Shown: positions 41,385-55,256, counted from the first letter of the stretch. The stretch is 64,000 nucleotides of DNA from Octopus vulgaris (GCA_951406725.2 OX597814.1:101556001-101620000), one strand, 5' to 3'. A program made the numbers and translations. The notes: a model not told the origin generated them from the letters alone.

Positions 41385-41800
41385 TTTCAAACTTTCGTAC
41401 CGGGCCTGCAATTGTGGGAAGGTGGCAGTCAATTATATCGACTCCAGTGCTCAACTGGTACTTATTTATTGACCCAGAAAGGATGAAAAACAAACTCAAT
41501 CACGGCGCCGTTTAAATTCAGAACGTAACGTTGGATGAAATGCCACTAAGCATTTCTTCCCGGCGCGGTAACGATTCTGCCACCTCGCCACTTTAATTTA
41601 AAATTTTGGTACAAAGCTAGGAATTTCATGTGGGTGGGGGAGAGGTAAGTTGATTACATCGATCCCAGTGTTCAACTGGTACTTATTTTATCGACCTCGA
41701 AAGAACGAAGGGCAATGTCAATCTCGGTGGAATTTGAACTCAGAACGTAAGGAAGGACGAAATGCCGTTAAATATTTTACCCGCCAGCTTTCCACCTTAC
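41385..41800 (-). mobile_element. Two tandem older SINE family A copies
   Basis: Core tcaactggtacttattt..gaa occurs twice. Confidence 0.8.
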
Positions 41801-42442
41801 TTTACAGGAATATTAAATCGACATCATTATTTGACTCAAACTTACGAGGTTCCTTTGTCTTGAAATGTGTAAGGCAGTCAAAGTGTGCCAGTGATCGCGG
41901 TTTCTTGTTTCCTTCAATGTGTCATTCAATGTTCTGTCAATCAGCTATATGTTCGTTTTGATCGTTTACTGCTAATTTATTTTTGGGGGTCTTCTCCGCC
42001 TCTTTCCATAGGTCTTCCATTGAAAGATGTGGTTGGCGAGTCTTTTCCATGGTAGTTGTAGTACGTGACCTAGCCAGCTCAGATTAAACTCCAACTAAAA
42101 AGTATTTTGACATAGGAAAAGAAAGAGGCTAAAGATAAAAGAGAAGAAAATGAATATTAGGAACGAAAACGTTTGAAAGAAATAATTTATCTCATTACTT
42201 GACTAATACTTTATTATATCGACCACAGAAGAATGAAAGTCAAAGTTGATCTTCATTGGATATGAACCCTGTTCGTAATGAACCGTAAGTATTTTGCCCG
42301 ACGCATTAACGAACCTAATAATTCCCAGTTCTTCATTTTATATGTTGTTCTGCCGTTGGTTCATTTTGTTTTGTCTTCCAAATATACCTTTGCGCCTTAT
42401 TCTATTTCTTCCAAGTAAAAGAATCTTCGTCCATTTCATCGA

Positions 42443-42655
42443 TGAGTGTTCAGGAGTTCCATCGACTGAATTTCATATTGACTTAGTTTTCAAATGGCCT
42501 GGTATTCCACAGACACGTGTGCACCTAACGAAAAAACCCGAGGCAATTGAGTGTTCAGGAGTTCCATCGACTGAATTTCATATTGATTTAGTTTTCAAAT
42601 GGCCTGGTATTCCACAGACACGTGTGCACCTAACGAAAAAACCCGAGGCAATTGA
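42443..42655. repeat. 105-bp tandem duplication (1 mismatch)
   Basis: gagtgttcaggagttcc...cccgaggcaatt at 42444 and 42549. Confidence 0.97.
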
Positions 42656-43004
42656 ATTAGTGCGGTATTGTATGTGATTAGACTGTACCTTCAAATTGCA
42701 GGTTCTATCCATCCGACGAACTGCCTTCTATTAAGTTCCCACTAACCTAATCTCATTTACGGAGTTTAGCTCAACCGAATATTATAGTAAATGACACTTG
42801 TCGCAGACACCACGAGATAGGATCGAACCCGAAACTTTGTGACTACGAAGCAAACTTTTAATTACTTAGCATCTATCATTCATTTTGCAGTTTATCAGAA
42901 GGTTCAGAATCGTTGACGGATTTGTTTTCGTTTTTCTATGTTCTTTGTTTCAATTTTGTTGAACTTGAATTTATCTTTCAATCTTGTCAAGATTAATAGT
43001 TTAA

Positions 43005-43215
43005 GGCGGTGAGCTGACAGAATTGCTAACACGCCGGGCAAAATGCTTAGCGTCATTTCGTCCGTCTTTACGTTCTGAGTTCAAATTTCGCCGAGATTGA
43101 CTTTATTTTTCGTCCTTTCAGGATCGATAAAATAAGTACTTGTTGAATAGCGGGGTTGATATAATCGAGTAGCTACCTCCAGCTGAAATTGCTGGCCTTG
43201 TGCCAAAATATAAAA
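43005..43215 (+). mobile_element. SINE family A
   Basis: Head, B box, core and gctggccttgtgccaaaat tail. Confidence 0.88.
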
Positions 43216-43854
43216 TCAATAGTTTCCAGACATATATTCGGAATGGGTTAATTTAATCTTCATGAAAGATTGTACCAGTTTCCAATCAGAAGGAAATAGT
43301 GATTCGCTAATAAATATACATATGCAGTGAGAGTTAGACTTATTCTCACGCATTAATGGATTTCGTGTTGGCTTAAATAATGATTGTCACACTTGCTATA
43401 TGATAACTATAATTGTTATGGCGATAGGTTAAACAGTTCAGTAAGACTGCTTAACCTATCATTATAGCATTAGTGATCGAGTATTCTACGGACACTTGAT
43501 CCTCAGACACATTCATGGTGTATCTGAATATAAAGTTGATATGTCTTTGTGTTGCAGATGCGGCACAACTGGGATGCTTCTCCACGGTACACAGATTTTA
43601 TTCATTCAGTTGTTTTACACGCTCTGTGTTGACTGGAAGTCATTATAAATAACACTTGTTGAATGAGCACACCCACCATCTATATTGTATGTATAGATAT
43701 GTGAGGGCGTCTGGGAGTATACTGATGTTTTCACATATGTATGTATACAAAATAGATTAAGGGTCTGTTAGCGTATGTACAATGTGTACTTACTCATATT
43801 ACAAGACATTATAATATAATGGATGTGCCTGTGAGTATGTGTGTGTTCTAAGGT

Positions 43855-44280
43855 CGAATGAACAGGGACAGTTCAAACCTCTTTAACTCTCTGGCCTGAT
43901 GTCCTTTCTGAACTACCTTCTTACCTATGTCTTTTTTTTTCTTATGTATATGATCATGCCTGCTCCCTAATCACTGGCGAGAACTATGAACTAATTAAGA
44001 TAACAATATGAAAAATAGAGTTAACCTAGTTGCCCCTTGTGTATCTGCTTCACTTTAACTCCAACTTCTATGGTACTTTCGCAAACATATCACTTGTTTC
44101 TCCATGTTAGTAGTGAACTGGTCATCTTCTATTTCAACCTTACTTGTTTATGTGTTTAATATTAACCTGATGATGGCAAGTTTTTGCCATAAAATAATCT
44201 AAAGATGCATCAATAGAATATTGCCGAAACAGCTATTGCGAATTTTAAACCCAATTTTGTTCTTTTGTCATAAATCGAGG
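43855..44280 (+). mobile_element. Penelope-like 3' region with hammerhead core
   Basis: CTGATGA-t-ggcaa..ttgcc-GAAAC-agct at 44167-44234; upstream MNRDSS.. weakly resembles PLE GIY-YIG C-termini. Confidence 0.5.
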
Positions 44281-44769
44281 GGAGGAGGAGGCGGAGGGGT
44301 TGCAGAGGGGGATGAGGATGTGGGGAGGGGTGGGTGCGGAGGGAGGGGGATGTGGCGGGGGAGGGGAGGGGATGAAGAGAAGGAGAGGTGGGCGTGAAGA
44401 GGAGGGGAGGGGGAGGATGAATGAGGAGGAGGGGAGGAGAGGTGAGGAGGTGGAAAAGGATAAATAAAAAGGTGGAAGTAACAATAGAAGTGCAATAAAA
44501 AAAAGTAAGTAGGAGACCACGCAGATGGTGAAAATAACGTTTATAGAGGCAAGGGTGATGGCAATGGTGAAGAAAAAGGAAAGAGAGAAGGGGAGAAACA
44601 AGAAGAAGAAGAAGAAGAAGAAGAAGAAGAATGGTTAAACTGTCTTAGTGAATAATAATTCCTTCTGCTTCCATAAGAAGTAACTTTACTTCGTCTTCTA
44701 TGTATTCATAAATTCATCAGATAATTCATGTTGATAACAACATTAATAGCAAGACAACAAAAATAATTA

Positions 44770-44977
44770 AATTTTCGCACAAGGCCACCAATTTCGAGGG
44801 CAGGGACTAAGTCGATTACATTAACACCCGTACTCAACTAGTACTTGGTTTATTGTCTCCGAAAGGATGAAAGGTAATGTTGACCTAAGCGAAATTTGAA
44901 CTCGGAACGTAAAGACGGACGAAATGCCATTAAGCATTTTGCCCAACGTGCTAACAGTTCTACCAGGTCACCACCTC

Positions 44978-45057
<80 letters not shown>

Positions 45058-45276
45058 TAATAATAATAATAATAATCCTTTCTGTTATAGGCACAAGTCC
45101 TGAAATTTGAGGGACAACGACCCCCTGTACTCAACTGGTACTTACTTATTTTATCGGCCCCGAAAAGATAAAAGGCAAAGTCGACCTCGGCGGAATTTGA
45201 ACTCAGAACGTGAAGACGAACGAAATACTGCTAAGCATTTTGCCCGTCAAGCTCACAATTCTGCCAGCCCGCCACC

Positions 45277-45329
<53 letters not shown>

Positions 45330-45765
45330 CATTACAACTATAGGCACAAGGCCTAAAATTTGTAGGGAAGGGAATAGTTGATTACATCGATCCCAGCTTT
45401 TCACTGGGGCTTATTTTATTGACCTTGAAAAGATAAAAGGCAAAGCAGACCTTGTTGGAACTTGAACTCAGAGCGAAAAGACGAAAGAAATGCTGCCAAG
45501 CATTTTTACCGGCGTGGTAGCAATTCTTCCTAATAATAATCCTTTCTACTGTAGGCACAAAGCCCGAAACTTTTGGGGAGGGACCAGTCGATTAGATCGA
45601 CTCTAGTACGCAACTGATACTTAATTTATCGACTCCGAAGAATAAAAGGCAAGGTCGACCTCGGCAGAATATGAACTCAGAACGTAAAGACGGACGAAAT
45701 GCTGCTAAGCATTTTCCTCGGCGTGCTAACGATTCTGCCAGCTCCAAGCCTTGTGCCTAATAATA
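44770..45765 (-). mobile_element. Head-to-tail array of four SINE family A copies separated by (AAT)n
   Basis: Copies at about 44770, 45076, 45335 and 45541. Confidence 0.9.
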
Positions 45766-45884
45766 ATAATATTAATTGGTTTTGTTTTGTTTTTTTTTCT
45801 TTACAACAAATGTAATGCATGATATTTTCGATCAGATAATTCTTCACTATGCTTTTGCTCAAGTTGTTGCAGAAATGATGAAAG

Positions 45885-45958
<74 letters not shown>

Positions 45959-46708
45959 AGGTGGGGAGAGAATGACGACAGAATTGAAGGAGAGCAAAGA
46001 GAAGAGAAAATGTTGAGTATTATTGTGTAGCGTAGTGTATTCAGGACAAGAATTCCTGTTACTGGAATAATTTTCAATATTATCAACAATACAAACAAAT
46101 ACAATCTTTGCCTACTGTAAAACTAATCAGTAAAGCCGACGGTTAAATCCGTACTCGGTTTTGATGAACAAAAATACACTTTTATTTAATATCTAATATA
46201 ATACTTTAAAACCTCATAAGAATGTCAATCTATTCTAGAGAGAAAAAAAAAACCATTAACTGGGTCTTAGAACTTTGCCGTTGGGAAAACAGAAAAATGA
46301 ATGAAAGAAAGGAAAATATGCGATGCTTCATTGATCCTATCCAATAGCATTGATCTATTTTGCCAACATCGATGATAGTTATTCAAAGATTTCTTTTCAG
46401 CAATGCTATCATAAAACCAGCTCTTGTATTACCGACTATGCTAACAAAGGATTTTTTTTATTAAGATGCACTAGCATTCTAGAGGAATCTTGTTTTGCGT
46501 TTAAGCTACAATATCTCACCACTGTATGTTTGTTCCGATGGTATAATTAAATAGCGAAAACAGACGAAAAAGAACAACAATATTAATAGCAAAGTGCCTT
46601 AATCTTCTACGTGTGGATGAATCGAAATGCTCATGTGGGAATTTATTACGTGTATGTATGTATGTATGTATGTATGTATGTATGTATGTATGTATGTATG
46701 TATGTATG

Positions 46709-46753
<45 letters not shown>

Positions 46754-46903
46754 TACATATGTAGATGAGAGTGTGACTCAATGTAATTATGAGTGATATA
46801 AATGTGTGCACGTGTGTGTATATATATAAATATATATATATGTATGCATAGACATACATATGTATATTTGTGTGTACATGTATACGGGTTTATGTATATA
46901 AGA

Positions 46904-47064
<161 letters not shown>

Positions 47065-47551
47065 AATGAGTAGTGCAAGATTTGTATTGAGGGAATCGTG
47101 CGGCTATCTTGGTTTGATGGCTCTAAGTATATATATGTGTATGTGCGCGTGTACAATTATATTTATTTCTGTGTAAGAATTAATAATGTATCATAAAGCT
47201 TATCAGAACAGAATGCAATTGTTGTCATCTATAATGATATATCGACGTGATTTGAGAAGCCGTTGCCACAATAAGCTACGCGTTATTCTCCCTCAATTAA
47301 ACTCACTTCTTTTGTCTTTTCCCTCCTTTTATCTCACAACGTTCATCCTTACGCAGCTTCACTTTCAATGAATATAGATGAACTGCTTAATAAGAATAGC
47401 GACTAATTTTGAATTGAAATCTCCCTTGGGATGTTCATTTTGCATCTCCTAATGCAGTGAAATCCACCTGTCCTTTTTGATATAGTGATAATCTTGAAAA
47501 GGGAACGTTGGCTTTGCCTAGGGTCTCTCAGAGTAAATAGTTGGGATAATA

Positions 47552-47735
47552 ATCCTTTCTACTATAGGTACAAGGTCTGAAATTTTGCGGGAAGGGGCCT
47601 GTCGATTACATCGACCCAGTGCCTTAACTGGTACTCATTTCATCAACACCGAAAGGATGAAAGGGAAAGTCAACCACGGCAGAATGCCACTAAGCCTCTT
47701 GCCGAAGGTGCTAACGATTATGTCATCTCGCCGCC
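47552..47735 (-). mobile_element. SINE family A, internally deleted
   Basis: cctttctactataggtacaagg..gaaaggatgaaagggaaagtc..ctcgccgcc. Confidence 0.8.
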
Positions 47736-47763
47736 TTACTGGTTGAGATAATAAAAGCAGTTA

Positions 47764-47973
47764 TAGTAATCCCTCGCCATATCACGGTTTATTATTTAAG
47801 CTTACATATATTCCTTCGAGTTGTTGTTTTGCACTTATAATAAATAAATATATACAAATTATAAAAATGATAATAATAAATTTACAGTACAGTAGTGTTT
47901 CTACTTCACAGATTTTCACCTATTATCGCGCGGTGTTTGGAATGTAACACCCACGATAATCGAGGGATTACTG
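47764..47973. mobile_element. 210-bp pogo/Tigger-like MITE
   Basis: TA flanks; TIRs (c>t)agtaatccctcgccatatcacgg and ccacgataatcgagggattactg. Confidence 0.85.
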
Positions 47974-48017
47974 TATATATATATTATATATATATATATA
48001 CATATAATATATATAAA

Positions 48018-48296
48018 CAGTATTTCACAGAAGTATGTATCCCCACTAAAGATTTCAGTAAAATGACCATTACTGTGATAATATCGAAGGTAATCAAACG
48101 AAATTTATACTGAATAAAATATATTATACCTGCAAACATTATACAAATTTAGAACACAAAACAAATTTGTATAATGTTTGCATGTATAATATATTTTAAT
48201 CACTATAAATTTCGTTTGATTTCCTTCGATATTATCAGAGTAATGGCAATTTTACTGAAATTTTTTGAGGGGTGTACATGCTTCTATGAGATATTG
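48018..48296. mobile_element. Palindromic (fold-back) Tc1-like MITE
   Basis: About 133-bp inverted arms with a 12-bp spacer (48151-48162); ends resemble the Tc1 TIR cagtatctcacagaag..tacaccc; TA-rich flanks. Confidence 0.9.
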
Positions 48297-48352
<56 letters not shown>

Positions 48353-48799
48353 GTAGTGTCTCTAACGTTTCAACACTTCTCAAGCTGGTGTATGTGATGC
48401 GGTTACTATTTTTCAGTTAAAAAGCCATTTTATGAATGTCTAAAGGGGAACAGGGTATTCAGTGATGGAATTCTAGAAAGTTGCAGTTTGATGGACGGCT
48501 GATGATGGGTGAATTGTTTAATGCAGGATCTTGGAAGTGAGATATTACGAGAGGTAACGAGAAAATGAAACAACCTTTGGATGGGACTGAATATATAGAG
48601 CCTGCAAGATATTTAAAGGAACATCACTGTGAATTAAAACATGTTAGTGAGTGAATCCTTGCCAATCTGTTGAATACCTTTTTTAGACTAGACCTAAAAT
48701 GTTTGCCTATGTAACAGCAGCACTGATTCCCGTGTGGGCTTCGTCTAAATTTTGTAGCATATCAGCAAATAAATAGGTTGGATCTAAAGAAGAAGCCAA

Positions 48800-49025
48800 A
48801 TATTGACGTATGAGCTTACAGCTTTTTGCCGATTTGTCTACAGTGATCGAATGTTCGTGCTCCATTTTAGCTCACTATCTCCATCAAATCGACGTTGTTT
48901 GAACAGGTGCGCTGTGAGCCAATCGACGTTGTTTGAACAGGTGCGCTGTGAGCCACGCATCAGGTGTAAAAGTGATCACAGAGCAACGTGAGACGAAGCG
49001 TTTTGCTCAAGAACACAACGCACCA
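48800..49025 (-). mobile_element. SINE family C, tail type 4, with a perfect internal 34-bp tandem duplication (48887-48954)
   Basis: gagcaacgtgagacgaagcgttttgctcaagaacacaacg core; aatcgacgttgtttgaacaggtgcgctgtgagcc occurs twice. Confidence 0.75.
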
Positions 49026-49163
49026 CCCAAACCACTATATATGCGTCCTCATATATATGTGTGTATGTGCGTGTGTGCGTGCGCGTGTGTGTGCGCGCGT
49101 GTGTGTGCGCGCGTGTGTGTGCGCGCGTGTGTGTGCGCGCGTGTGTGTGCGCGCGTGTGCGTG

Positions 49164-49202
<39 letters not shown>

Positions 49203-49570
49203 TTGTGAATTCTCCCCATATATTACACGCTCATGTGGTCGCACCAGTTCATCCTGTCTCCTCTCATAACCCAACGAACTTTTCTTGGACTCTCGTACAC
49301 TTCAGCTGCACCTCTCCTGCCCATGGATTAAAGTGGACTCTTCCTTTGATGAGAAATCGTTCCAATACACCACGACGTTTGATGCTTTTGAACCTTTGAA
49401 CTTTTCTTAACTTTTATTTTCTCTCCCTGTTTCTTTTTCTGTTCTTTTCTGTGGAAGAGCGTAGGCTCGAAACGTTAAAGACTTTTTCCACTTCCCGAGC
49501 GTTAAACTAATACATCTGTTTGTTGTCTACAGCACCTGTCTTCGTCATTTGTTTTGTGAATTCTCCCAAC
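49203..49570 (+). mobile_element. Penelope-like pLTR unit with minimal hammerhead-like fold
   Basis: tttt-CTGTGGAA-gagc gtag gctc-GAAAC-GTT-aaag; bounded by the direct repeat tttgtgaattctccc. Confidence 0.65.
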
Positions 49571-50983
49571 ACATATATATATATATATTTTATTTATTTT
49601 TTTTATATTATCTAGTTTCAACTCACGAGCTGTGGCCATGCTGGGGCACCGCCATGAATTTTTATATATTTATAAATTTTCGTGTATATGAATGTATTTA
49701 TATATTCTTAAACATTTTATATATCATATAGATGAATGCATATATGTATGTATATAGTATATTATGGAGAATTTCGTTAATATGGATTGAATGAATATAT
49801 ATATCGACCTTTGAATTTGTCTTCTCTCCTTCTTAATTATATATATATATATATATAGTCATCTTCAGATATCAGCAGCGAATGTGCGTTCTAGGAACTT
49901 CGAGGCTTTTAGTTAAATGTTGCTCATTTGTAAAAAAGACAGTTTGATTTGATTTTGATTTTTCCAGTTTCAGCTAATGAGCTGTGGCCATGCTGGGGCA
50001 CCGGCTAACTTTTATTGTAAGTGTAGGGAAATGCTAACGGCCCTTTACAGCGCCTCTAAGATTGTTGAGAGAGAGAAAATTATCTTCAAACCGGAGATTT
50101 GGTAATTTGCTTGTAATAACATGGGTTCCGCTAAATGCACCCAACATACCAGGCAGTGGTGCTGAACTGAACGATGGCTTAAGACTACCACCAAAATAGG
50201 CCCTGGCAGGATTTGAACTCAGAACGTAAATATCCGGAACGAATACCGCATGGCATCCAACCCCGATGTTCTTACACTTCCGGTATTTCCCTGTTTAGGA
50301 TTGGTCCGATATTATTAGCATGGAAGTGTAGTGTAAATCCGTGCAACGGATGAAGTCTACCGCCCAAGTCGTTTATACTTAGTACGAAATGGTCGCCATA
50401 TACTTTAATCAGAGATTGTTAGCTTTATAATTTGTAAATAGTGTGAAAATTTGTGGTTTGTTATTGGTTCATAAGTAGATTTGAACTTTGAACAATTCAA
50501 ACTATTTCTATCGACACGCATCACGAAAAGCAACTATATGAAGAAGTAAAAGAAAAGAAGTGAAAACAATGCTATTCAAAATTAAAATGGTTTATCATAG
50601 TGACGTCATCTGTATTATACTCTACTTTGTTTCTTTCTTTCTTGACAATCATAACACATCACCATCTCCATTTGTCAAAAAAAAGATTCGCTTTTATTCT
50701 AAACTCTCTCTCATTTTCCCTGTTCCTCCCTCTCTTTCTCTCTCCCGCCATCTCTACATCTGTACCTCGCACCACTTGTCCTTCATCGCTTCGCCTCTTC
50801 ACCTCTTCGCCATAACCCTACTCTCACCCCGTACTGTTTTCTTGTTAACACGTCATCAGCACGTGCAACGTTTCTAAGCTATTCGGCAGCAGATTAAGAA
50901 AATCGAGTGGCCTGTACATCACTAATCAGACACGGTTCCATCTTTACCATCACTAACGCCTCCCACTTATCCCCCTATCCCCC

Positions 50984-51025
<42 letters not shown>

Positions 51026-51727
51026 ATTTTACACACCAGCCACCACACATATCTACTCGTGCATCATCCACCACTAAACACCATGGGAGAGAGGAGATAT
51101 TTGTTGTAGCCTTGTTATCTAATATTCTAACAGACATCAGAAAGTCATTAGATTAAAAAAAATAATAAAATACATTCTTGTTTCGTCTTTAAATTTTTTT
51201 TTTAATTGTTTGTTTCTTTTTAATTACATTCGGTTCGATCTCCATTATTAACTTCATATGTTTTTCACACTCTTGATTTTTAAAATATATTTTTCCTCTT
51301 CTTCACCAATCTCTCTTTTTCTTGTCTCTCTTATCTTTTCGTCTTTCATATTGATTTCTTTTGACCAGGTATAAAATTCTGTTTGTTTCAACAGAAATCT
51401 GTTCGTTGAATCAACCTCAGAATGTTATAATTTCATATTTAATTGATCTGTTGAGATAAAATATGTTGTTGTACTCAACAGGGTTGGAATTTCACTAAGC
51501 AGAATGTCTTATGATATTTAAGAGCATAAAACATACTTCTCCTCTTCGCAATGTGCCAAAAAATAGGCCTATGACGATCACAATAGAAACCATTTTATGA
51601 TGAGAAGTTCGTGTATTTGATGCAGGCCTCACTAATGCAAGTGAAATTTCATTTGCTTCAACCAGGAATTCAAATCGAAAAGCTTACTCCTCACCATTGT
51701 GATACCATACATTCAAAACTTAGGTCT

Positions 51728-51859
51728 CCTTCTTCTTCTTCTTCTTCTTCTTCTTCTTCTTCTTCTTCTTCTTCTTCTTCTTCTTCTTCTTCTTCTTCTT
51801 CTTCTTCTTCTTCTTCTTCTTCTTCTTCTTCTTCTTCTTCTTCTTCTTCTTCTTCTTCA

Positions 51860-51900
<41 letters not shown>

Positions 51901-51935
51901 GACGACGACGACGACGACGACTACTACTACTACTT
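51728..51935. repeat. (TCT)n-(ACT)n-(ACG)n-(ACT)n compound trinucleotide tract
   Basis: Direct observation. Confidence 0.97.
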
Positions 51936-52548
51936 ATTTTTCTTTTTGAGTAGCTAATTTTGAGTGGTTACCTTCGTAGTATTATATGTGGTCAGGACAG
52001 ACTTAATATTATATGATATGGGATCGGGTAGGACCAGTATGGATATACAAGTCCTCATGATTGTGCACCACTTCGTATTGGACGGCCTTCACAATAATCT
52101 TTACTGAGCCTAATAAGCATATTTCCTAGTAAGCAGGGATTTGAACTTACAACGAAAGGCCTTCTATTCGACGCTTTAACAATTTTGTTAATTCAAACAA
52201 TAATAACTAATCAATGGTTTGAACGGTGATGAAAAAGGTATAATCGATGAAAATGGCACAATCAAGCAGGGCCGTTTCTTTTTTATTCAAGTTAGAAACA
52301 GTGAAAATTAAAGGAAACTCCGATTTGTATTCAAGTATCCTTGTATAATTTAGAAAAAATGAATACACAATGATCAGGAGAAGGCAGAAAGAGTGTAAAA
52401 CCAATGAAGAGGAGTGCATCTTTGAGAAAACAGGATATCCGCCCTCTTGCGGAAAACCTGTATTTCCATGAAAGCAAAACTGAATGTCCTGAATTAATTT
52501 TGTGGAGATTGTATATTTTAAACCAATGATTAACTTAATTATTATATA

Positions 52549-53049
52549 CTAGCAGTATCGCCCGGCGTTGCTCGGGTTTGTAAGGGAAATAACTATATAA
52601 GCATTTTTAGAGAGTTACTTTCCTTATAGATGCCAATTTGGGCTTTCTTAGCCATTTCTGTTTTGGTGTCTTCAAGCCATGAAGTCGTTGTTCTAAAAGA
52701 ACGCTGGTCTCCTTGACAACGCTTTACGACGTTAATTTCCTTACACTCCCTTCCCCACAGCTTCACGAGGGAGGGAAGAAGGGGGAGAAGCAAACAGGTG
52801 CAGGTGTGACCATGGACGCCAACTCCGCCGCCATCGACACACGAAAAATGGAATAAAAAATGATGTTAAATTATTTTTAAAATCGTAGACTCATCGTAGA
52901 CGCGCGCTAATACTCAGACGGGCTCGATATGAATCACGACTATAAGATACCCGAATTTGGTTAAACTGCACCGCAAAATGTGGGAGTAGTTAGGAATCTA
53001 AAATCGAAGGGGACAGACACTCACACAACTACAGTTTTATATATATAGA
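52549..53049 (-). mobile_element. Complete 501-bp non-autonomous Helitron
   Basis: 5' A|TCTATATATATAAAAC; 3' hairpin cccgagc-aac-gccggg then CTAG|T; no TSD. Confidence 0.93.
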
Positions 53050-53309
53050 TATTCTAATTTTCATCGCTGCAAAGTTGATAGGATATGTGCAAGCAAAAAG
53101 TACTCTTTCATGATCACCAGCTTCCCAATGATTGGTTAATTTCTAAGCAGACAATAGTGATTGCGAATTGAACTCAAACTCTATGCCAAGAAATCAACTG
53201 TTGCTTACATTAGTGGTGTCAAAACCACACACCGATAGTGTAGCAGCATATTGGCTTTAAGCAAATTGTTTTGTGCCAGAATTAAAGAGAACAATATCAA
53301 CAATTCTTT

Positions 53310-54177
53310 CTAATTTTGGAACAAGACCAACAATTTTGAGGGAAGTGGGAAGTCGATTACATTGACCCAGTAGTTAACTGGTACTTGTCTTATCGACCCT
53401 GAAAGGATAAAAGCAAGGTCAAACTGGGCGATATTTGAGCTCAGAAAATAATGAGTCAGAAGAAATGCCGCTAAGCATTTTGTCCAACACTTTAAAGGTT
53501 CTGCTAGCTCACCGCCTGAATAACTATAACTTTATCTTATAGGCACAAGGCCTAACATTGGGGGAGGGGGCAATAGATTACTTCGGCCCCAGTAGTCAAC
53601 TGGTAGTTAGTTCTTGTATCGACTCCGATAGGATGAAGAGCAAAATCGACCCCAGCAGAATTTGAACTCAGACTCTAAAGCCAGACGAAACGGCGCTAAG
53701 TATTTTGTCCGACGCTCTAACGATTCAACTAGCTCGCCGCTTTACTAAGATCTTTTCTAATATAGACAAAAAGCTAGAAAGTGATGGGGGAAGGCATGTT
53801 CAGTTACATCGACTCCAGTGCTTAATTGGTACTTATTTCATCGACCCCGAAAGGATGAGAGGCAAGGTCGATCTCGGTGGAATTTGAACACAGAACGTAA
53901 AGACGAAATGCTGCTAAGCAATTTGTCCGGTGTGCTAACGGTTCTGCCAGTTCGTCACCTTAAGAACAATAATGGTATCAAATTTTGCCACAAGGGCAGC
54001 AATTTCGGGGGAGGGGATGAGTCGATTACAACGACCCCAGGGTTCAAGGGGTAATTATTTTATCGACCCCGAAAGGATTAAAAGCAAAGTCGACCTCAGC
54101 GGAATTTGAACAAGACGGGCAAAATGCCACAAACCATTTCGTTCAGCGTGCGAGCGGTGCTGCCAGCTCTCCACCTT
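53310..54177 (-). mobile_element. Head-to-tail array of four SINE family A copies
   Basis: Copies at about 53310, 53535, 53755 and 53980. Confidence 0.9.
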
Positions 54178-54289
54178 AATAATAATAATGATAGCAAAGG
54201 TCTTTGATTGAGGCACAAAGCTAACAACTTGGAGGTGATAAGGTTAGTCTATACCACAGTCAAGTGACTGAGTCGATGGCATGTGAATA

Positions 54290-54683
54290 AGTGGCTGTGT
54301 GGTAAGTAGCTTGCATACCAACAACATGGTTCCGGGTTCAGTCCCACTGCGTGGCATCTTGGGCAAGTGTCTTCTGCTATAGCCTCGGGCCGACCAATGC
54401 CTTGTGAGTGGATTTGGTTGATGGAAACTGAAAGAAGCCTGTCGTATATATGTATGTATATATGTATGTGTGTGTATATGTTTGTGTGTCTGTGTTTGAC
54501 CCTCTAGCATTGCTTGACAACCGATGCTGGTGTGTTTACGTCCCCGTCATTCAGCGGTTCGGCAAAAGAGACCGATAGAATAAGTACTGGGCTTACAAAA
54601 AATAAGTCACGGGGTCGATTTGCTCGACTAAAGGCGGTGCTCCAGCATGGCCTTAGTCAAATGACTGAAACAAGTAAAAGAGT
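54290..54683 (+). mobile_element. SINE family B, full length
   Basis: Near-identical to the 11358 copy; B-box-like gggttcagtccc. Confidence 0.93.
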
Positions 54684-54905
54684 ATCTATTAGAATCGTTA
54701 AAACGTAGAAAAATGTATCTTGGGTTATTTTGTCCGGCTTTTTTACGTTCTGAGTTCAAGAACTGCTGCGATTAACTTTGCCTTCCAAACCTTTAGTACG
54801 CAAAGTACTGGAACCTTCTAAAATCTGGTGTCCGATAGAAACGACACGCCCGCTGCCCTAAAAATTATTGCCTTGTGCCTAACTAAGAAACCGTTACAGT
54901 TATAC

Positions 54906-54907
<2 letters not shown>

Positions 54908-54967
<60 letters not shown>

Positions 54968-54976
54968 TGTTGTTGT

Positions 54977-55008
<32 letters not shown>

Positions 55009-55256
55009 GGTGGTGGTGGTGGTGGTGGTGGTGTTGCTATTGTTGTTATTGTAGTTCTTAGAAGGTAGGGTGAATGACTGATTGGAGGGATGGAGGGATG
55101 GTAGGGGAGATACGCACAACTGAAGGGAATATGGTCGTTTGTTGGATGGCCTTGATAGAGCGGTGTGTAATTAGACGAATGGCTTGAATTGGAATGAGTG
55201 GATTAATTGATAGGGCAATGATAGGAAAATGTCACTGGTATAAATATACGACTATG

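Noticed and set aside
44245-44630. Pro-rich ORFs on the minus strand
   Set aside because: Translation of a G-rich polypurine low-complexity tract
48350-48800. Possible PLE GIY-YIG relic on the minus strand (CYIGK, SLNTLFP)
   Set aside because: Motifs are short and frames broken; cannot be supported without alignment
52200-52480. Possible second GIY-YIG C-terminal relic
   Set aside because: Similarity is impressionistic only
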